From an uncultured virus (IMG/VR IMGVR_UViG_3300010223_000002) (taxonomy: Duplodnaviria > Heunggongvirae > Uroviricota > Caudoviricetes): a DNA stretch of 64,000 nucleotides. The notes beneath the pieces were generated by a model. The model was not told where the DNA came from, did not search any database, and saw only the letters and a program-made list of their open reading frames with translations. The position numbers were made by a program, and so were the translations under genes. Below are positions 59,872 to 64,000 of the stretch, piece after piece; position 1 is the first letter of the stretch, and each line of letters starts with the position of its first letter. Location of the stretch: the IMG/VR virus record IMGVR_UViG_3300010223_000002; one strand, written 5' to 3'.

Positions 59872-60363
59872 ATGATTACACCTTATCTGCCAATGAGTAC
59901 GTTTCCTGGCTCTGACATAGATGTTCCGCCAGTACAAAACTGGTATTATGTTATGGTGGAGAATGGTCCAGATGAAGGGCCATTTTGGCAATGGGCAAAG
60001 AACGCTAAGAATAAAACTAAAAATGCAGCTAATATAAATAATTCAAAAGCTACATTATGGGAATGGCATTTGATTCAAAAAAGATGGTATCGTATTCTTT
60101 GGTACGAGCCAGGAAGTGAACATCCATATTTAGATGATCCAAATAGTTTTTACAATAGTACAAATTTCGGTGAAAGTCCTAATGTAGATCCGACTGTTGG
60201 AACTACTTCAGATGCAAAACAAGATACAACTAAAAAAGGCGTCCCTTGGGGGCCAATTGGATTAGGAGTATTTGTTTTCGCGTTAGTTGGTGGCTTAGTA
60301 GTTTGGGCTAAAAAAGAGTCAGAAGAAGAAGAAAAATTCGGTCCTATCGTTGTCAGAGGATAA
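59872..60363 (+). CDS. C-terminally anchored membrane protein
   Basis: Trp-rich domain plus a C-terminal TM. Confidence 0.7.
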   Translation: MITPYLPMSTFPGSDIDVPPVQNWYYVMVENGPDEGPFWQWAKNAKNKTKNAANINNSKATLWEWHLIQKRWYRILWYEPGSEHPYLDDPNSFYNSTNFGESPNVDPTVGTTSDAKQDTTKKGVPWGPIGLGVFVFALVGGLVVWAKKESEEEEKFGPIVVRG

Positions 60364-60376
60364 GAAAGGTAAGATA

Positions 60377-60688
60377 ATGTTAGAATTGACTATGCAAAAC
60401 TTCAATAGTGTCGTTGAAAATAATCACGTTGTAGTTATCGATTTTATGGCTTCATGGTGTGGACCATGTAAAATGTTTGGTCCTATTTTCGAACAAGTAT
60501 CTCGCAATTTTCCTAATGTAGTTTTTGCAAAAGTAGATATTGATAAATCTCCGCAAATTGCTAGGCACTTTAAGGTAGGATCAGTGCCAACAGTTGGAAT
60601 AGCTGTAGATAATAGAATGGTATTTCAACAATCAGGCGTAATGAATGCTAATCAATTAGCACAAAAAGTTAATCAATACACTGGATAA
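60377..60688 (+). CDS. trxA: Thioredoxin
   Basis: DF.ASWCGPCK active site; F.V.SVPT cis-Pro loop. Confidence 0.95.
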   Translation: MLELTMQNFNSVVENNHVVVIDFMASWCGPCKMFGPIFEQVSRNFPNVVFAKVDIDKSPQIARHFKVGSVPTVGIAVDNRMVFQQSGVMNANQLAQKVNQYTG

Positions 60689-60690
60689 AA

Positions 60691-61113
60691 ATGAAACCGA
60701 TTTTAAGTTCATTCACACAATTTGGCGTTCAACAGTTAATATCCAAATTTTGGAAAGATATAAATAAATTAATCAAGTATTTTTATCCGTTAAGACAAGT
60801 TGCGGGTGGATTTATAGGAGATGACGGAACTGTCTATAGCTCATTTGGATTACGTAGTGTAGATCCGGTATCTAAAGTAGGTACTGGACTGTATGATATA
60901 TATACTACTTCGTACATGGATTATCAAGAGGTTGTTATATTAGTATCTACAATAGGTTTGGGGCAGGTTTTACGATCTACAAGTTATTCTATAAAAAATG
61001 CACCTAATAATAATGGAATACAAGTACAAATAGTTGGTCAAGATACATTTGATGCAGCAATAGTAAATAAAGATACGGCATTTGAGTTTATGATATGGGA
61101 GATTAGAGGATAA
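60691..61113 (+). CDS. Small spike/fiber-like protein with the shared N-terminal docking helix
   Basis: MKPILSSFTQFGVQQLISKFWKDI; G.I..DGTV....G...V.KVGTG.Y.I fiber-like motif. Confidence 0.55.
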   Translation: MKPILSSFTQFGVQQLISKFWKDINKLIKYFYPLRQVAGGFIGDDGTVYSSFGLRSVDPVSKVGTGLYDIYTTSYMDYQEVVILVSTIGLGQVLRSTSYSIKNAPNNNGIQVQIVGQDTFDAAIVNKDTAFEFMIWEIRG

Positions 61114-61436
61114 TGTCTAATCTATCTGTAAGACGGGCTCAAGAGGGAGAAACTGACTATCATACATTAGATAGATATACAATTGCGCATGGTGTAGCTG
61201 GATTGGCGTTGGGATTAGCAAGAGCATCATTACCAACTATGCTTATAGCCGCGATTGGCTGGGAAATATTTGAACGTTTTCGTCCAGATGGATTTGGATT
61301 ATTTCAACAAAATACATATGATACACCTGAAAATGCAGTAACGGATGTTGCCGCAGTTACTTTAGGTTGGGCTGTTGGTAGAAGATTAACGGATAACTAT
61401 CCACTAACATGGGCTAAGCCCAGAATAGATAAATAA
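61113..61436 (+). CDS. DUF2585-like small membrane protein
   Basis: D.YT.AH...G...WE.FE...DT..N...D pattern (from recall). Confidence 0.55.
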   Translation: MSNLSVRRAQEGETDYHTLDRYTIAHGVAGLALGLARASLPTMLIAAIGWEIFERFRPDGFGLFQQNTYDTPENAVTDVAAVTLGWAVGRRLTDNYPLTWAKPRIDK

Positions 61437-61450
61437 ATTTGGAGTAAATC

Positions 61451-63358
61451 ATGGGAAAGCCTTTTTTAGCTGGAAATAGTACATTTGAAATTCAATCTCA
61501 ATTAACGAAGATTTGGAAACGAATAAAAAACGTAGTTAGTAGTAGTTCGCCCGCTACTAATTTAGCTGAGCTATCTTCTATTCCAGATTTAGTTATAGCT
61601 GATGGAAGTCAAAAGTATGTAACAACAGTTGGAGATAACTTTGTGTTAGATAAGTCATCTACAGAGGTTGTAGATGGTATTACTGTATTATATACAGCTT
61701 CTGGTGTTGGACGTTGGATTAGAAAGCTTACGCCCACGCCAGAATGGTCAATGCAGGCTATATGGTATATTGATGCAGATAATGGTAGTGATGAGAATAT
61801 TGGAGAAACTGCGCTATCGCCACTAAAAACGTGGAATGAATTTAGACGTAGAATAGAACCTAATGGATTGAATATAAATATAACTGTCAATATATTGACG
61901 GATCTTCCTATTACAGATCCAGTAAGTTTAGAAACTTCTGTTAATAATGGTAGTACAGTTAACATTATTGGAAATCCTATTGTTAAATATTCTGGAATTG
62001 TTGACAGTTTTACTAGAGATACCACAACGGGTAATGACAGTGGATCTTTAGGTGACGCAGGTTGGACTGTATCTGATAATATATACGATCTAATTAAATT
62101 CACTTCTAGCGCAACAGTTAACGGATACTATACATGGACTATTGATGATTTAACTGGTGGTATAGCTAGAATATCTAGATGTTTAGCTCCCACTGGAGTC
62201 GTTTCAGACGCTGGTGATCCAAGTCCAGGTGATACTTTTGATGTATTAACTCTTCCAACAATTTATGTTGATAGAGTATCATCTACCGGAACTATAGATT
62301 TGGTTGAAATAGAAAATATATTTTCAGTTAATTTTGAATATCTACATATAATGCCAGCAGTAAGTAGTACAGCTATATATATGTCAGTATCCATGAAGAG
62401 ATGTATACTTCATCAAGTTACAGTACGCTCTTCTGATGTTATTTTTAGTAATTGTATGGGTAAGGTAGATATTCAAAATTCTTCTGTGAATATAGCTGGA
62501 GGAGCTTTAACTAGTGTATACGCAGCGAATTGTTGGATATCTTGTCAATTTGGTGACTTAGTAATATTTTTAGATAAAGAAATCGGAGGTAAACACGCAG
62601 CAGATGTAATTTCATCTCAGTCTAATTTGCTTTTATATAATACGTTTTTTACATGTGCAACTATTACTTTTTATAATTTTACGAATGGGTCTGCTGTTGA
62701 TCTTTATTCTTCTGATTTTATGGCCACTACATATGTATGTGGTATATTAGATGCGGCTGCTACTCGATTCATAACTATGAGAGGCAGTGCTAATCTTAGA
62801 GTACATTCTACAAGAATAAATTTAGATGTACCAGTTGCTACAATAGGTGGAGCATTAGTAGATTTTTCTGTAAATGTTCCATATGTAGACTCTTCTACGG
62901 GGCAAGTTATATCTGCTGTTAATTTAAATACCGGATCAACTCCAGTATTCAAATCGGCTACATCTGCACCTGTTTCATTTGTAAATGTAGGTGTGAAAGG
63001 TGCATTAAGCGCTGGTGCAACAGTATTTGCATTACAAGATCTTACTGAAAATGCTAATGAAGTACCTTTGATATGTAACTCTTATGGTGTCATACGGAAT
63101 TTACGTTGTTATTTAAGAGTAGCGCCAGCAATTGGTGAAAGTGTGCAGGTTAACGTATTTGTAGATGGGGTTCAAGCTGTAGATCCGATAACAACTAATC
63201 CTATTAGGGCAACTATATCAGGACTAGCTGTATCAGCTTCTGATCTAGTTAATAAACTTTCTGTATCGCCTGGTACGAGAGTTTCTATACAGATTGTAAA
63301 TAGTAACAATGCTGGATTTGCTGCTGAAGATCTTTCTGTTGTTGTAGAGATAGCATAA
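61451..63358 (+). CDS. Candidate receptor-binding spike with a beta-helix-like region
   Basis: Shared N-terminus MGKPFLAGNSTFEIQSQLTKIWKRIK; DGITVL...GVGRW; WYIDADNGSDEN.G...PLKT; beta-rich body. Confidence 0.65.
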   Translation: MGKPFLAGNSTFEIQSQLTKIWKRIKNVVSSSSPATNLAELSSIPDLVIADGSQKYVTTVGDNFVLDKSSTEVVDGITVLYTASGVGRWIRKLTPTPEWSMQAIWYIDADNGSDENIGETALSPLKTWNEFRRRIEPNGLNINITVNILTDLPITDPVSLETSVNNGSTVNIIGNPIVKYSGIVDSFTRDTTTGNDSGSLGDAGWTVSDNIYDLIKFTSSATVNGYYTWTIDDLTGGIARISRCLAPTGVVSDAGDPSPGDTFDVLTLPTIYVDRVSSTGTIDLVEIENIFSVNFEYLHIMPAVSSTAIYMSVSMKRCILHQVTVRSSDVIFSNCMGKVDIQNSSVNIAGGALTSVYAANCWISCQFGDLVIFLDKEIGGKHAADVISSQSNLLLYNTFFTCATITFYNFTNGSAVDLYSSDFMATTYVCGILDAAATRFITMRGSANLRVHSTRINLDVPVATIGGALVDFSVNVPYVDSSTGQVISAVNLNTGSTPVFKSATSAPVSFVNVGVKGALSAGATVFALQDLTENANEVPLICNSYGVIRNLRCYLRVAPAIGESVQVNVFVDGVQAVDPITTNPIRATISGLAVSASDLVNKLSVSPGTRVSIQIVNSNNAGFAAEDLSVVVEIA

Positions 63359-63391
63359 TATTGGATAATATATGATATGATTGAAAAGTGT

Positions 63392-63419
63392 TTGACATTT
63401 TCTATTCGCTTGCTATTAC
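63392..63419 (+). promoter_or_regulatory. Sigma70-like promoter
   Basis: TTGACA-N16-TATTAC with an extended TG. Confidence 0.4.
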
Positions 63420-63452
63420 GGGTCCAACTTCAATAAAAAAGGAGTTGGTTCC

Positions 63453-64000
63453 ATGTCGATCGAAGTAGTTTCATCGTGGTTGCTCTCAATAATGTTATCT
63501 ATTGTTCCATGTGAAAAGAAATATTATGTTCCGCCGCATGCTAGGGAAAGTATTCAGCAATGTGAATCAAGGTATGAAGGTATAAGTCAATCGATTGCTG
63601 AAGTAGTTTATCATCCTAACTCCAAACCATTGTGGAATGGAAATCATGGTAGAGCAAGGACTGCACTAACTGTTTTAACTATAATGTATTTTGAAAGTGG
63701 TTTTAGAAGGGATATAGACTTAGGTATAGAAAGAGAAAGATTATCTATGTATGGCTGGAATGATTATGGACGCAGCTGGTGTATGATGCAGATTCATTTA
63801 GGTAAGAAAAATAGAGTTGAAAATGGTCAAGTTGTATTAGATAGCGCTGCAATGACGCCCCAAGGCTGGAATGGTAGACAACTTATAGAAGATAGAAGGA
63901 AATGTGTTGCAGCTGGATTAACTGTTATTCAAAGAAGTTTTAAGGCTTGTCATAGGTTGCCTTTTAATCAAAAGCTTAGAGTATATGCTAGTGGATCAGT
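63453..64000 (+). CDS. Lysozyme/SLT-fold protein with an N-terminal hydrophobic leader (3'-truncated, missing from the ORF track)
   Basis: AGGAG SD; MSIEVVSSWLLSIMLSIVPC...MYFESGFRRDID.G...D.GRSWCMMQI...YASG; catalytic-Glu-like ES motif. Confidence 0.7.
   Translation, partial: MSIEVVSSWLLSIMLSIVPCEKKYYVPPHARESIQQCESRYEGISQSIAEVVYHPNSKPLWNGNHGRARTALTVLTIMYFESGFRRDIDLGIERERLSMYGWNDYGRSWCMMQIHLGKKNRVENGQVVLDSAAMTPQGWNGRQLIEDRRKCVAAGLTVIQRSFKACHRLPFNQKLRVYASGS

Noticed and set aside
40000..59874. Diversity-generating retroelement (TR/VR pair) explaining the repeated gene 3' ends
   Set aside because: No reverse transcriptase in the window, and the differences between copies are not confined to adenines; many are synonymous
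40061..59874. Integron attC sites
   Set aside because: No GTTRRRY/RYYYAAC boxes or long imperfect palindrome, no integrase seen, and the repeat is protein-coding in origin
1108..62952. Numerous minus-strand ORFs in the ORF track
   Set aside because: They are antisense shadows of well-supported + strand genes, with Ser/Phe/Leu-rich composition and no motifs
1..64000. Alternative genetic code, tRNA or rRNA genes
   Set aside because: The standard code gives dense, tightly coupled full-length genes. No cloverleaf or rRNA-like sequence was recognised by eye; tRNAscan/Infernal were not run.
33000..64000. Contractile injection system or tailed-phage baseplate suggested by the LysM genes
   Set aside because: No recognisable sheath, tube, VgrG/spike, baseplate J or tape-measure genes, and most LysM proteins here are membrane-anchored

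Overview
This window looks like a 64 kb segment of a large, AT-rich, gene-dense viral genome or virus-like extrachromosomal element. Nearly all genes lie on the + strand, and there are four short assembly gaps (N runs). The first ~22 kb is an early/accessory region: XRE regulator, deaminase, ArdC-metallopeptidase multidomain protein, NYN nuclease, SNF2 helicase, SGNH esterase, RadC/JAB and a GC-rich winged-helix gene. About 22-32 kb is a replication module: SSB-like protein, SF2 helicase, DnaG primase-helicase, a ~1.1 kb non-coding candidate origin with 12 AGATCT repeats where the GC skew appears to flip, a RecB-like nuclease and a beta clamp. From ~33 kb to the end is a morphogenesis-like module with no recognisable terminase, portal, HK97 capsid or tail genes. 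It holds a transglutaminase-like Cys-His-Asp enzyme, a basic membrane/core protein followed by a candidate capsid protein, ~17 C-terminally anchored membrane proteins (SLT, LysM, alpha/beta hydrolases), spike-like paralog families and thioredoxin. My best inference is a large tailless, membrane-containing virus, possibly of Myxococcota. Two recurrent peptide motifs (GVG and EP+basic) may be proteolytic maturation sites. Other cryptic signals are five sigma-54-type promoters, a GGAAC-N-GTTCC operator at three sites, and four copies of the 3' end of a beta-propeller gene. All family calls come from motif recognition by eye; no database searches were run.
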